From the IMG/VR virus record IMGVR_UViG_3300021399_000139: a stretch of DNA of 64,000 bases; one strand, given 5' to 3'. Of this stretch, positions 9,946-19,518 are shown piece after piece. Numbering within the stretch: position 1 is the stretch's first letter; every line of letters begins with the position of its first letter. A program made the position numbers and the translations under genes. Under the pieces are notes generated by a model. That model had not been told where the DNA came from and searched no databases. It saw only the letters and a list, made by a program, of their open reading frames with translations. The DNA comes from an uncultured virus (IMG/VR IMGVR_UViG_3300021399_000139). Lineage: Duplodnaviria; Heunggongvirae; Uroviricota; Caudoviricetes.

Positions 9946-10398
9946 CTAGACTTCCATCAAGTCTCGTGTTATCAGCATCTCTTCCATGCATCGACAACCT
10001 AGATACGGATTCTTGATCTGCCGACCATCCATAGTCCTAAAAGACTGGATATTTCTACCAAGATCATTTTCTAGTGTGTCAAGAACGCAGTACCCTATAA
10101 TCGTGCTCCCACACGAAGACTGCATTTGAACATCAACTTCGCTATCCACAGTCTGCACCGCGTAGACAGGTTCTGCAATGACATGGTTGTTTATGTACAG
10201 TCTCAAGCCTAGAATCGACAAAAGAGAATTCAACAGATTCAAGTGCTCTAGATTTCTGCCACTCTCTGTCTCTTCTCTTGTTTTTATTTCTATTCTGCTG
10301 TTTCTAATCATGTCTAGAATCTCATTCAGCCTCTTTGCACAGAAGATCCACATCAACTGCGAATTTCCAAGGGTCGATCTCACACCAATCAAATCCAT
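9946..10398 (-). CDS. Hypothetical, DL-tag family (start probably about 10311)
   Basis: Ends NPYLGCRCMEEMLITRDLMEV. Confidence 0.7.
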   Translation of the reverse strand: MDLIGVRSTLGNSQLMWIFCAKRLNEILDMIRNSRIEIKTREETESGRNLEHLNLLNSLLSILGLRLYINNHVIAEPVYAVQTVDSEVDVQMQSSCGSTIIGYCVLDTLENDLGRNIQSFRTMDGRQIKNPYLGCRCMEEMLITRDLMEV

Positions 10399-10831
10399 TC
10401 CAGATTCGCCACTTGCCGTCGTGCATCAAATATCTAGACATGTTGTCTAGAAGTTCAGCGCAGAACATTTCTTCGATTTTCGGCAGCATGTCATTTCCAC
10501 CTAGGCTTTGAGCAAACAAGTCTAGAGACATAACGCAGTGCGGCTTAAACCTAATAGGTGACGCGTTATAGAAAGAACTTAGACTCCAAATAGCTATGTC
10601 TCTTTCAGCAGCAACTAGACGTCCTCTTGAGTTTCTAACTTCTTTTAGCACCAAAGAGTTGAATCCACCGTGCATGTATCCAGCCGCGCGTAGCACAGGT
10701 GTGTCGTCTTCTCCGAAGCTCAGGCCAAACATCTTGAACTCTAGGATTTCTGCGAGATGCTCAAGAATGCCGTGTGCATTCTTTGCCGTGGTCTTGATGT
10801 AAAAACCATTTGGTTTCTTTTCTTTGCTCAT
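10322..10831 (-). CDS. Hypothetical, DL-tag family
   Basis: Ends DPWKFAVDVDLLCKEAE. Confidence 0.7.
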   Translation of the reverse strand: MSKEKKPNGFYIKTTAKNAHGILEHLAEILEFKMFGLSFGEDDTPVLRAAGYMHGGFNSLVLKEVRNSRGRLVAAERDIAIWSLSSFYNASPIRFKPHCVMSLDLFAQSLGGNDMLPKIEEMFCAELLDNMSRYLMHDGKWRIWNGFDWCEIDPWKFAVDVDLLCKEAE

Positions 10832-10902
10832 GACGTCTCTACATTGTACTTTTCTGCTCTAGATCTTAAACTTGGCAATTTACGTTGATCTCTAGATTTT
10901 CA

Positions 10903-11211
10903 TCACGCATTCTCATTTAAATCTAGTAGAATCGATATCTCTTCGTCAGATCGACCAAAAAATGGATTTTTAATGGTGTCGCTTTCATCATTAAGCAGTT
11001 GTGTTTCTTTTAGCATGCGTAAAGTGGCTATGTGTATGTCTTCATTAGATTGAATTGCTTTCCTCGCAAGTATGCATCTAGTCTTAGGATTTATAAGAAA
11101 TACTATGTGGGAGGCTATCACTACCTCAAAACCTAGAAATCCAAGCATTCTTTCAATGAGACTTCTACTGCATATCTTCTTCATAAAGACATTATATAAC
11201 CATGTCCACAA
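10903..11211 (-). CDS. Hypothetical, DL-tag family
   Basis: Ends NPFFGRSDEEISILLDL. Confidence 0.7.
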   Translation of the reverse strand: MWTWLYNVFMKKICSRSLIERMLGFLGFEVVIASHIVFLINPKTRCILARKAIQSNEDIHIATLRMLKETQLLNDESDTIKNPFFGRSDEEISILLDLNENA

Positions 11212-11336
11212 AAACTAAATCATTGTTTTCAAGCGCCTTCAAGTCACTACCCTAGGCAATTGACGCGTCTGACTCGAACCTAGTAGTCCATTAAGCAAAA
11301 TACTAGGCGTTTTTGCTTAGTATTCTAGAGTCTTCG

Positions 11337-11633
11337 TCAGCAGACTTCAAATATGACTATTGACCTGTTCTTGCCGGTGAAGAATCCATTGTCTGCTGTA
11401 GCTGACACATTCTTTACATGCAGCTCTGGACACTTGTGCAGAAGAAACTCTTTGATCTTCAGTGCTGCATCTTGCGCTTGGTAGAACCATTCATGATACT
11501 GTACAATCTCATACTTCTGGCTCCAGACATAGACTGCATCTAGGCCATGAGACTTCAAGATGTTGATGACTAGATCTGGGCTCTTAGCTGCATTCTTCGC
11601 TAGAATCTTATTCACTAAAGAATCAATGTTCAT
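11337..11633 (-). CDS. 98 aa paralog in the PspA-like operon
   Basis: N-terminus MNIDSLVNKIL; ATGA-type overlap with the upstream gene. Confidence 0.7.
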   Translation of the reverse strand: MNIDSLVNKILAKNAAKSPDLVINILKSHGLDAVYVWSQKYEIVQYHEWFYQAQDAALKIKEFLLHKCPELHVKNVSATADNGFFTGKNRSIVIFEVC

Positions 11634-11926
11634 ACTGCATTCTCTGGATGGAACTTGAATACAGCATGCAGAGCATCAAAGTTTCTAGAGCACTTCTCAA
11701 TGGAGAACAGTGTCTGGCGCTGCTCAAATTCTAGAATACGCCTCTGCTTGTCTCTAGCTTCAGCAGAAAAATCAAATCTAGCTTTATACACATACTCATA
11801 CTTGCAGCAGCCAAGATCCACTTTGATGCCTAGAGCTTGCTCAAGATCTCTTACATATGAGTCAACATGCTTTTTCGCATGCCTGACAGAGATGTCTTCT
11901 AGAAGTCTGTTGATGTCACGGCTCAT
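11630..11926 (-). CDS. 98 aa paralog
   Basis: Shares the FKFHPENAV C-terminus with 11923-12219. Confidence 0.75.
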   Translation of the reverse strand: MSRDINRLLEDISVRHAKKHVDSYVRDLEQALGIKVDLGCCKYEYVYKARFDFSAEARDKQRRILEFEQRQTLFSIEKCSRNFDALHAVFKFHPENAV

Positions 11927-12219
11927 ACTGCATTCTCAGGATGGAACTTGAATGTGAAAGACAGCCTGTGGTGGCCTGAGATGTCATAGTCTTCAACACT
12001 GAACATCTTTGACTGCTGCCGCTTGAAATAGCTTAAGATGATACCTTTTGCATCTGATGCATCCGTATACCACTGGAAGTCTTTTGACCAAGTGAACTCA
12101 AAACTGCCAATAGACTTGAGCTTGATGCCTAGAGATTTCTCAAGCTCTGCTACATATTCACCGACATTCTTGCAAGCGTGTCTGATGCAGATGTCTTCTA
12201 GAAGCTGGTTGATGTTCAT
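11923..12219 (-). CDS. 98 aa paralog
   Basis: Tandem duplicate of 11630-11926. Confidence 0.75.
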   Translation of the reverse strand: MNINQLLEDICIRHACKNVGEYVAELEKSLGIKLKSIGSFEFTWSKDFQWYTDASDAKGIILSYFKRQQSKMFSVEDYDISGHHRLSFTFKFHPENAV

Positions 12220-12764
12220 ACGACAAAAGTCCCTGGAGCAGGTGGATTAGCAGCGACGGCTAGGATGTCTTTAGCTGTCATGCCTTGCTTGAAGAGGAAG
12301 AAGCCATTGCTGCCGTGGTAGTTGGCGTTGTCTTTGAAGAAGACAGATGACTTGCTGCTGATGTCTATCCCAAGAATGCCGTACTTCGCTGCCAACTCAA
12401 CTGCTTCAAGCAGCTCGTCTAGATTGCTAGAGCATTGGACTGGCGCACCATTGTAGATGAACTTCAAGCTATGGGTCTCTGGGGCATAGAACTTTGGCTG
12501 TATGCAGAATGTGACTTCTATGCCAACGAAGTCTTCTGCACCATTCTGCTGGATATACTGCTGGATTTCGACTTTCTGGAATCCAGGAAGGACTGCCTTC
12601 AAGTAATGGTGTAAGACTGCAAGCCCATCTACTTTGACTAAGCTAGAAGCCGGATCTAGAGTCTCACCATGCTTCTTTAGGATCTCTGACACAAATGCTT
12701 CACTGTCCATTTCTAGGCTCCTTGTCTCGCCAGTAGACTTCAACTGTATACTTAAGTTCGACAT
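12216..12764 (-). CDS. Hypothetical protein (start probably about 12710)
   Basis: ORF coupled to its neighbours. Confidence 0.65.
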   Translation of the reverse strand: MSNLSIQLKSTGETRSLEMDSEAFVSEILKKHGETLDPASSLVKVDGLAVLHHYLKAVLPGFQKVEIQQYIQQNGAEDFVGIEVTFCIQPKFYAPETHSLKFIYNGAPVQCSSNLDELLEAVELAAKYGILGIDISSKSSVFFKDNANYHGSNGFFLFKQGMTAKDILAVAANPPAPGTFVV

Positions 12765-13017
12765 ATTTGCTTGTGCATGGAGATATGTCTTTCAGCATGA
12801 CTTTGCTTTTCTTGGCATCAACTACCACATCACTGCGCTGTGAAAGCTTCTCCATGACACTGTTGAATTTCTCATATGCTGTGTGCTGAGAAGCTGTCTC
12901 ATACTTGAACATCTTCCATGTCTTGAACCAGCAGTAGACTAAGACGTGTTCAGGCTCTTCTAGAGTTTTTCTAGACTTGCCTAGAGCTTTGTCTACTATG
13001 TTGTCAATGTTGTCCAT
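12700..13017 (-). CDS. Hypothetical protein
   Basis: N-terminus MDNIDNIVDKAL. Confidence 0.7.
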   Translation of the reverse strand: MDNIDNIVDKALGKSRKTLEEPEHVLVYCWFKTWKMFKYETASQHTAYEKFNSVMEKLSQRSDVVVDAKKSKVMLKDISPCTSKYVELKYTVEVYWRDKEPRNGQ

Positions 13018-13021
13018 GATG

Positions 13022-13201
13022 TCAAATACTAGCTATTATGATGCCTACTGCTATTATTGCAGCAGCTATCAGAAATGGAAGAAATGGGACAATGATGACA
13101 GCTGCTTTGTTGACTATAGCAGATCTTCTAGCACGCTTACTGTCTTCAGCAGCAACATGGCTGAGAAGGATGTTGTCTACTATGTTGTCAATATCTATCA
13201 T
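13022..13201 (-). CDS. 59 aa membrane protein (not in ORF track)
   Basis: MIDIDNIVDNILL...AAVIIVPFLPFLIAAAIIAVGIIIASI. Confidence 0.7.
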   Translation of the reverse strand: MIDIDNIVDNILLSHVAAEDSKRARRSAIVNKAAVIIVPFLPFLIAAAIIAVGIIIASI

Positions 13202-13206
13202 ATAAG

Positions 13207-13374
13207 TTAGTTAGCTGCTTTCATGATTGCCATGACTATAAGAGGCGAGAAGCCAACCAGCAGCAGCAATACAACAAAGCTGAAGTCTTTGAGCTGCAGG
13301 CTGCTCGCTTTCCGCCACTCCTTGAGGCAGTGGCGGTGCTCAGCCTCAAATATGATCTTGTTGATGTCAGCCAT
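13207..13374 (-). CDS. 55 aa membrane protein (not in ORF track)
   Basis: MADINKIIFEA...FSFVVLLLLVGFSPLIVMAIMKAAN. Confidence 0.7.
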   Translation of the reverse strand: MADINKIIFEAEHRHCLKEWRKASSLQLKDFSFVVLLLLVGFSPLIVMAIMKAAN

Positions 13375-13396
13375 AGCTAGGCTGCTGGCGAGCTGG

Positions 13397-13903
13397 TCAC
13401 TTGGCCAACTCGTTCAGCTCATCATTTGCCTGGAACTCAGACTCAATGTCGCGGATCGTCTTGTCGATCTCTGCCATGATGACGTCGACGTCGAAGTCTG
13501 ATGTCTCAAAGCAGTTCGAAGTCATTCCCTTGAGCGACTCAATAGAGTCAAGCAGGCTCTTCTTGGCGACAAGGATGACGCGAGAGTCTTCAGTCTTCTG
13601 GAGCTTGGCTGCGATTCCTTCCTTGCTCTTCTTCAGGCGGGCAAGGGTAGTCTCAATGATCTCAGCATTCTTCTGCTTGACTGCCTTGACCTCAGGCTTC
13701 GCCTCATGCTCAGCTTCAGACTTGGCGTCCTTGAGCTTGGCATCAAGGTCATTGATTGTGACCGTCAGCTTCTTGTATGCCTGAGCAAGCGTGAACTGCT
13801 GGTTGTCGATGAGGTCAATGCAGTTGCTGATCTGCAGCTTGCGGTTTACCTTACGGACCTTCGATGAGAAGATCGAGCGGATTGTCTTGAATAGGTTGTT
13901 CAT
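13397..13903 (-). CDS. PspA/IM30-like coiled-coil protein
   Basis: Amphipathic N-terminal helix (LFKTIRSIF) followed by a long coiled coil; size and layout resemble PspA. Confidence 0.5.
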   Translation of the reverse strand: MNNLFKTIRSIFSSKVRKVNRKLQISNCIDLIDNQQFTLAQAYKKLTVTINDLDAKLKDAKSEAEHEAKPEVKAVKQKNAEIIETTLARLKKSKEGIAAKLQKTEDSRVILVAKKSLLDSIESLKGMTSNCFETSDFDVDVIMAEIDKTIRDIESEFQANDELNELAK

Positions 13904-14008
13904 GTCTGTTTTTTGTTTTAGGTTTTTTTGTAGTTTGTCTAGACAACAAGCTGTCTATCTATATAGTCTTAAGTAGACAGCTTGTTAGAAAAGCTTAGGC
14001 TATGCCAA

Positions 14009-14758
14009 TCACTTTCCGAGGGTTCGCCTCTTAGCGTTGTGGGCCCGCCAATAAGCCTTCTTCTCTTCGCTTGTGAACTGCGAGAACGGCTTGTCTGGGC
14101 GGACGTACTCCTGCCATGTCGCGCTAGATCCAGTAGATGTAGGAGCTGTCTTGCAGCACGAGCATGTAGACTCATTCAAAGGCTTCTGCGTTTTGCTTAG
14201 GCTATCAAGATAGGCATTTGCATCACGCTCAAGACGAATCTCTTCAGCACGCTTAGCAACACGGCGCTTCCATGCAGCATCATGCTCGGCCTTCTGGCGG
14301 GCGATGTGGTCAGCCTTTGCCTTGGCCTTCTTCTCCTTGACTAGCTTCTTCTCTACGTCCTGGTCAAAACCAGCAGCGGCGATCTTCTCAAGCTTGAGGC
14401 CAAGGCCATTGCCATCGACTTCATTCTCATAGAACTTCTTAGTCTTCTCATCAAGACGGCCAATCTTGCCAAACAGCCTCTTCACTAGAGCATACACGAC
14501 AGCAGTCTGGCGGTCGTAGTTGTCGTTTGAAGAGCACTTGACTGTAGTCTTAGTGCCGTCAGTGAAGAACACGGTTGTGGCATTTCCAGAATACGTCACG
14601 CGTGAGATTGGGATCTCAGCAATTGTAGGAAAATACTTCTTTGGTGCTGCAATGCTGCAAGGCTTTGATATGGTGACAAAGTCAGCAAAATCAAATGGCC
14701 GAGTAAGCTCATCTACAATCCGCTTCATGTCAACATCGCTTATTGTCAGTGTTTCCAT
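14009..14758 (-). CDS. Phage hypothetical protein
   Basis: ATTVFFTDGTKTTVKC motif plus coiled coil. Confidence 0.75.
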   Translation of the reverse strand: METLTISDVDMKRIVDELTRPFDFADFVTISKPCSIAAPKKYFPTIAEIPISRVTYSGNATTVFFTDGTKTTVKCSSNDNYDRQTAVVYALVKRLFGKIGRLDEKTKKFYENEVDGNGLGLKLEKIAAAGFDQDVEKKLVKEKKAKAKADHIARQKAEHDAAWKRRVAKRAEEIRLERDANAYLDSLSKTQKPLNESTCSCCKTAPTSTGSSATWQEYVRPDKPFSQFTSEEKKAYWRAHNAKRRTLGK

Positions 14759-14800
14759 ATGTGTTGTTCTTTCTTTTCTGTTTTTCTTAGGCTATAGAGA

Positions 14801-15034
14801 TCAACGGTAGATGGCCTTGCGGAGAGCGGCCATAGAGTAGTTGCCACCATTCGGGATCTTGGTCGCATTTGCAACCTTGAATCGACGGCTTCCACGGACA
14901 ACTGACTCGCCAATGTATGTCGCAGACTTGGTGCAAGTGACTGTGCCATATGGTCCACAGAAAGCACGGTCACCTTCAGAAAGTCCATTGATGTTCTTTA
15001 TAGTTGATGTACGGTTTAGTGTCTTTGTCTTCAT
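14801..15034 (-). CDS. Hypothetical protein
   Basis: AAGGA RBS upstream. Confidence 0.7.
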   Translation of the reverse strand: MKTKTLNRTSTIKNINGLSEGDRAFCGPYGTVTCTKSATYIGESVVRGSRRFKVANATKIPNGGNYSMAALRKAIYR

Positions 15035-15091
15035 GTTTGTTTCCTTTGTTAAATTATATCGTTTAAGCGTTTTTCTTAGGCTATAGAAATA

Positions 15092-15652
15092 TCAATTTTT
15101 ATTGACCGGTGGCAGCTTGCTCTTCATGACATGGGGAGCAATCAGGTTGACGCCAACGTTCTTGAGAAATGTGTCTTTGTCTGTTATAGAGTAGACCGTT
15201 CCGTCTGGAGCAGCATAGCCATCAACAACATACTTAGACCCTGGGTTGTACCCTTCATCACGCTTGGCGGTCTTGTTCTGCCAGCCCTGGAGAACCTTCT
15301 GTCCATATTCCCAGGTACGCAGCTTCTTCATCTTCTGGCCGAAGAAGCTTGCAATACGGCTGTTCTCTGAGCCATTGCCAACGCAGAGGAAATAGTCTAG
15401 ATTGTCATCTGGCCAGTGGCCACGCTCTAGACGACGGGAATCGTCAAGAAGATGGCGGACCATGTTGTTGTAGTCATCCTTCTTCCAAGATCTTGCGACC
15501 CATCGATACATTGACTTTGACCGATCAGTCTTTCCTGTTGAGGGGTCTTCTTCAGTGTGGTACTGCTCTGTCACTAGAGCAACTGTGTCGTCATCAACTT
15601 CCATCAATACTGCTTTGATGACTTGAATCTCGTCTTTAAGCATTTTTGCCAT
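15092..15652 (-). CDS. Hypothetical protein
   Basis: RBS and promoter-like element upstream. Confidence 0.75.
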   Translation of the reverse strand: MAKMLKDEIQVIKAVLMEVDDDTVALVTEQYHTEEDPSTGKTDRSKSMYRWVARSWKKDDYNNMVRHLLDDSRRLERGHWPDDNLDYFLCVGNGSENSRIASFFGQKMKKLRTWEYGQKVLQGWQNKTAKRDEGYNPGSKYVVDGYAAPDGTVYSITDKDTFLKNVGVNLIAPHVMKSKLPPVNKN

Positions 15653-15730
15653 ATTTTGTTCCTTTGTTCTCTCTTGAGACTATAATATCATTTCTAATAG
15701 GCTTTTAAACTCTCTAGTAGATTTTTTCAA

Positions 15731-15759
15731 TTAACAGACTTCTAGGCTTTTGATATAAT
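15731..15759 (+). promoter_or_regulatory. Early-type promoter on the + strand
   Basis: TTAACA-17-TATAAT with extended TG. Confidence 0.65.
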
Positions 15760-15766
15760 TAGGAGC

Positions 15767-15991
15767 TCAGCCAACAAGTTCGACGTGGTCAACGATCTTG
15801 CTGATTGGCATTTTGCTCAAGAGAGTGCAGTTCTTCCTGTAGTAGGCAAGAGCATTCTTCTGCGCTTCTTCAATAGTATTGCCATAGACAATAGCTGGTG
15901 AACCTAGACCTGACTTGAAATAAGCTTTCCAAGATGTCTTGTAGATGTCTGCTGTATTAGATGCAAACTTAGGGTTTACTTCATACTCCAT
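15767..15991 (-). CDS. Hypothetical protein
   Basis: AAGGA RBS before MEYEV. Confidence 0.65.
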   Translation of the reverse strand: MEYEVNPKFASNTADIYKTSWKAYFKSGLGSPAIVYGNTIEEAQKNALAYYRKNCTLLSKMPISKIVDHVELVG

Positions 15992-15993
15992 TT

Positions 15994-16284
15994 TCACTGT
16001 TCCTTTTTTAAGTCTTCTTTTGTCCAAAGCTTGGCAATGTCATCGCTGTAGAACTCACCACCATTGAAGATGTGTGCCACATAGTCAATCACGAGTTGGT
16101 CAGCGTTTCTGTCTGATGGCTTCCTAAGCTCTTCATGGTCTTTGATGTAGTCATCAGAGCAATACCAGACATCTGCATCTTTAAGCGTGCTGTTGATGTC
16201 TTTTGCAAGAGCCTTGAGCGACTTCTTCAGCGCAGACTCAATCTTCTTCAATGCTTGAAGTTTCTTCTTGTTTGTGTCTACCAT
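15994..16284 (-). CDS. Hypothetical protein
   Basis: Follows early promoter 16291-16321. Confidence 0.7.
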   Translation of the reverse strand: MVDTNKKKLQALKKIESALKKSLKALAKDINSTLKDADVWYCSDDYIKDHEELRKPSDRNADQLVIDYVAHIFNGGEFYSDDIAKLWTKEDLKKEQ

Positions 16285-16326
16285 AATATCAATTATATCA
16301 AAAGTCTTAGGCTATGTTAACTCAAC

Positions 16327-17106
16327 TTAAGCAGCTTTTGCTCTTTTCTTCTTTTTCTGCATTTTGTTGAACATGAGCAAGAATCGACTTGCAGCTGGAT
16401 ATCTGTCTTTGTTCTGCTCTAGCCAAGACACGACCTCAGGATTGTCTATCCTGCCATAGAAGTCATCATTGTTCTTTAGAAGATACATGAAGTTGTTCAT
16501 CCAACGATATGCGCTGCCAAGACGGCGGATCTCTGAACTAGGGTTGAAGAGTGCCTCAAGAAAGTCTACAATAGACTCAGGCAAGAGGTCTTTCCACGAC
16601 TCTTCACCTGCTAGATCTGCCTTAAGCATGGCAGAGTACATGTCTTCGCCTTTGATCTTAAACCATCGAGCAATGCGGAAGTACACATTGTTTGCCTCAA
16701 TGACATGCAGAATCTCTTTGCCAAAGTCTGTTATTGTGTAGAACTTTCTGCCATAGGCTTTTTTGCTAGACAAGGCTATCATGTTTCTGCTGATGAGAGA
16801 TCTCCAACAGTCAATGTCATGTCCATATGCTAAGTCAAGAGAATCACACACCTCATTGTAGTGGTGCTCATTGCCATCAGCATAGACTTTTAGCATCTTC
16901 ATAGTGACTTGACCAGCGACGGCATAAGACAAATTCTTAGCAATCTTAGCATGCTTAACGTTTGACAAGACTTTATGCCCTGACCAACCATCATATGATG
17001 CTGACAGTGTGTTTGCGTATTCATCTAGCTTAGTGAATCCGTTGAACACAAAATCAGTTGGCTCAAGTATCTTGTAGCTGTCGCATAGAGTCTTCTCTAA
17101 CTTCAT
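16327..17106 (-). CDS. Hypothetical protein, possible winged-helix segment
   Basis: FYTITDFGKE motif; AAGGAG RBS. Confidence 0.75.
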   Translation of the reverse strand: MKLEKTLCDSYKILEPTDFVFNGFTKLDEYANTLSASYDGWSGHKVLSNVKHAKIAKNLSYAVAGQVTMKMLKVYADGNEHHYNEVCDSLDLAYGHDIDCWRSLISRNMIALSSKKAYGRKFYTITDFGKEILHVIEANNVYFRIARWFKIKGEDMYSAMLKADLAGEESWKDLLPESIVDFLEALFNPSSEIRRLGSAYRWMNNFMYLLKNNDDFYGRIDNPEVVSWLEQNKDRYPAASRFLLMFNKMQKKKKRAKAA

Positions 17107-17109
17107 TTT

Positions 17110-17168
17110 GTTCTCCTTTAGGTTTTGTTGACAGCAGAATTATATCAAATTCTCTAGGCTTTGTTAAC
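17110..17168 (-). promoter_or_regulatory. Representative early promoter/leader/RBS module (about 30 related promoter copies in window)
   Basis: GTTAACA-N-TGATATAATTCTGCTGTCAACAAAACCTAAAGGAGAA. Promoter core also near 16291, 19043, 19488, 20283, 21995, 22468, 23219, 26564, 27832, 28519, 29755, 32101, 34524, 38023, 38787, 41767, 42513, 43063, 44068, 45869, 46600, 47382, 52361, 54542, 55941, 57267, 58435, 61176, 62289, 63094. Confidence 0.9.
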
Positions 17169-17568
17169 TCAAAGACTCTAGGTCTAGATTTATCAGCACT
17201 TGCTCTAATGTCGTGTATGGTCTCCAAAAGACATTTTTGTCTCGCCACATTGAGTTTGATATGAACAGCGTATGCCCTTCAAATGACAATTTCTCAAGAA
17301 CGCTTGGAATGTTCTGCCCTACATTGAACATGACTTGCTGAGGGACAGCATTTTTGTCCCAAGAAAACAATATGAATGGAAAAGACATAGGGTTCTCTTT
17401 TGAGTCAAATGCAAGTCTATATTGACTACCATACATATTCCAAAACCGCGTCACATGTTCAAGGCCAATGTGCTTGCCTATTCTGTTTGCGAAAGGGTCT
17501 TTTACAATAAAACCCATTGTGTATTCTGCTGTATAGATGTTGTCAATGTAGTCTCTATAGTTTTCCAT
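17164..17568 (-). CDS. Hypothetical, DL-tag family
   Basis: Ends TTLEQVLINLDLESLS. Confidence 0.75.
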   Translation of the reverse strand: MENYRDYIDNIYTAEYTMGFIVKDPFANRIGKHIGLEHVTRFWNMYGSQYRLAFDSKENPMSFPFILFSWDKNAVPQQVMFNVGQNIPSVLEKLSFEGHTLFISNSMWRDKNVFWRPYTTLEQVLINLDLESLS

Positions 17569-17571
17569 GTC

Positions 17572-18087
17572 TTATAAGTCTGGCATATTCGCAGAAGTGT
17601 CGTCGTCAAACACCATTAGGTCAGTCTCAATTGCTGCCATCTCGTATGTCTCAGAAGCATCTACAATCTTGATGTCTTGATTGAATGATATAGCAAACAA
17701 GTCAAATCCCATGCCATTAGTCTGGAGTGCTTGGATTATTGCATATGACACATAGTGCTTGACGCATGCAGGAAGAGAGTCAAGGTCATAGTCTATCGTG
17801 AAGGCGCCGCCATTAGATGTCTTCAAGAACTCCATGCATCTACGGCTAAGCTCTTCTCGCCAAGCTAGATACTCAGCATTGTCCATCTTCAGCTTGAAGA
17901 CTGCACGAGAATTGTTTTCCGTGAACCGCAGCATAAATGGCTCATTGTGTCCATCAAACATAATGGCAAGATAAGGGTATCTTGCTGTGTTCTTGTATAT
18001 GACTAGACGTGGATTGCTGAGGTTTAGATGTTGGCTGTTTCGTTGAGCTCTAAACAACAAGAACTGGACTATCTGCTTGTCTGTCAT
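17572..18087 (-). CDS. Hypothetical, DL-tag family
   Basis: ETYEMAAIETDL near the C-terminus. Confidence 0.75.
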   Translation of the reverse strand: MTDKQIVQFLLFRAQRNSQHLNLSNPRLVIYKNTARYPYLAIMFDGHNEPFMLRFTENNSRAVFKLKMDNAEYLAWREELSRRCMEFLKTSNGGAFTIDYDLDSLPACVKHYVSYAIIQALQTNGMGFDLFAISFNQDIKIVDASETYEMAAIETDLMVFDDDTSANMPDL

Positions 18088-18188
18088 GACACTCTCCTTT
18101 AGGTCAGTGGTAGAACTGCTGTAGAGACTCTATATGGTGTCTATAGTCATTGTGCCATAGACACCATTTTGCTTAGGCTATATACTGC

Positions 18189-18989
18189 TTAAGCTGCATC
18201 AGCTGAGAAATCAACATCGCCAAGTGGGACATATCCAGGCTTGATGAGCTTCATGAGCTCGTCATGCATGATCTTTGAGCTGTTCAGAGCCTGCAGTGGA
18301 TTAGCCATACGGTGCGTAGTGACTGCTGTGCAAGCATTCATGATCCTCCAAGCTGTAGCATCGTCATGGCGGTTGTACGAAGGGTTGTCAACTTCATCAA
18401 GGATCTTCATGATGTTCGTGTTGCCAATCGCCTTAGTGCGGCCAAGATTGACAATCAGCTTGCCAAGAAGCTCATCGCTGTAAGGGACAGTCTTCATGAA
18501 GGCAATGTTCTCTTCAGACTCCTTAGCATCATGGCGGAAGCGCTCAAGGCCAGCGTCAATCTTCGACTCAAGCAGATCATGGATAGTTGCCGTGTGCTTG
18601 CGACGGGAAGGAATAATCACCGAACTCATGCACATGTTTGCGCAGATCATCACACTTGTGCCACAGCTCATCTGGAAGCAGGAGCTCTCATCATTGAAAG
18701 AGCGGAAGCCAACAGCAAGGTGGTACTCGTCCTTGTCGCCAATCTCAGGGACAACATCAGCTACATACATGTAGCGTTCGCCATCCTTAGACAAAGCTCC
18801 CTGCTCATTGAAGAGCATAAGGCCCATAGACTCGCACTTGTCCCTGAACTTCTCAAGGATAAGAGCATGAGAGACTGGCACGTGGCGAGGGCCGTGCGAC
18901 TCAAGGTGCTCATGTGCCTTGATGAAGTCAATGTCCACAGCATTGTCAGAAAAGTACTTTCCATTCTTAAGAAGGGTAGCGTTGCTCAT
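18189..18989 (-). CDS. DUF932-like phage protein
   Basis: HVPVSH...GFRSFNDES...GTSVMICANM pattern. Confidence 0.6.
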   Translation of the reverse strand: MSNATLLKNGKYFSDNAVDIDFIKAHEHLESHGPRHVPVSHALILEKFRDKCESMGLMLFNEQGALSKDGERYMYVADVVPEIGDKDEYHLAVGFRSFNDESSCFQMSCGTSVMICANMCMSSVIIPSRRKHTATIHDLLESKIDAGLERFRHDAKESEENIAFMKTVPYSDELLGKLIVNLGRTKAIGNTNIMKILDEVDNPSYNRHDDATAWRIMNACTAVTTHRMANPLQALNSSKIMHDELMKLIKPGYVPLGDVDFSADAA

Positions 18990-19091
18990 ATGTTTCTCCT
19001 TTAGGTTAGGTGTTTGTGTTTTAGTTTTATTGACAGGCGAAATTATATCAAATTCTCTAGACTTTGTTAACTTCGACTAACAAGAAATATC

Positions 19092-19454
19092 TTAAATGCT
19101 AGGCATCTTCTCAAAGACAAAGCCACAGTGCAAAAAACTATATTCGTCGGTCAAATAGTCAGACAAAGCATCTTGAATCTCTTTATCTGTCGCATTGTCA
19201 GCAATAGATTCAGCCTTTTGAATTTCAGAAAAACTCACAGCAACTTCATTAGGCAAATCAACATCTATAGGAATGCCATCGCCATCAGTCTTGTCCCACT
19301 GGATGTTTTTGGCTACATACTTGCACTCATACAAGTCTTCATCTAGAAGAGCAAAGCCGATAGCCTGCAGAACAGTGCTAGCCTCATCTGCTTCAATGCC
19401 GTTGTCAATGAGAATCTTCTCTGCTGACTTGATCTTGTCAATAGATATGTTCAT
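19092..19454 (-). CDS. Hypothetical protein
   Basis: Follows an early promoter cassette. Confidence 0.75.
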   Translation of the reverse strand: MNISIDKIKSAEKILIDNGIEADEASTVLQAIGFALLDEDLYECKYVAKNIQWDKTDGDGIPIDVDLPNEVAVSFSEIQKAESIADNATDKEIQDALSDYLTDEYSFLHCGFVFEKMPSI

Positions 19455-19518
19455 TTTTGTTCTCCATTAGGTTTTGTTGACAGCGGAATTATATCAAAAA
19501 ACCTAGAGTCTGTTAATT

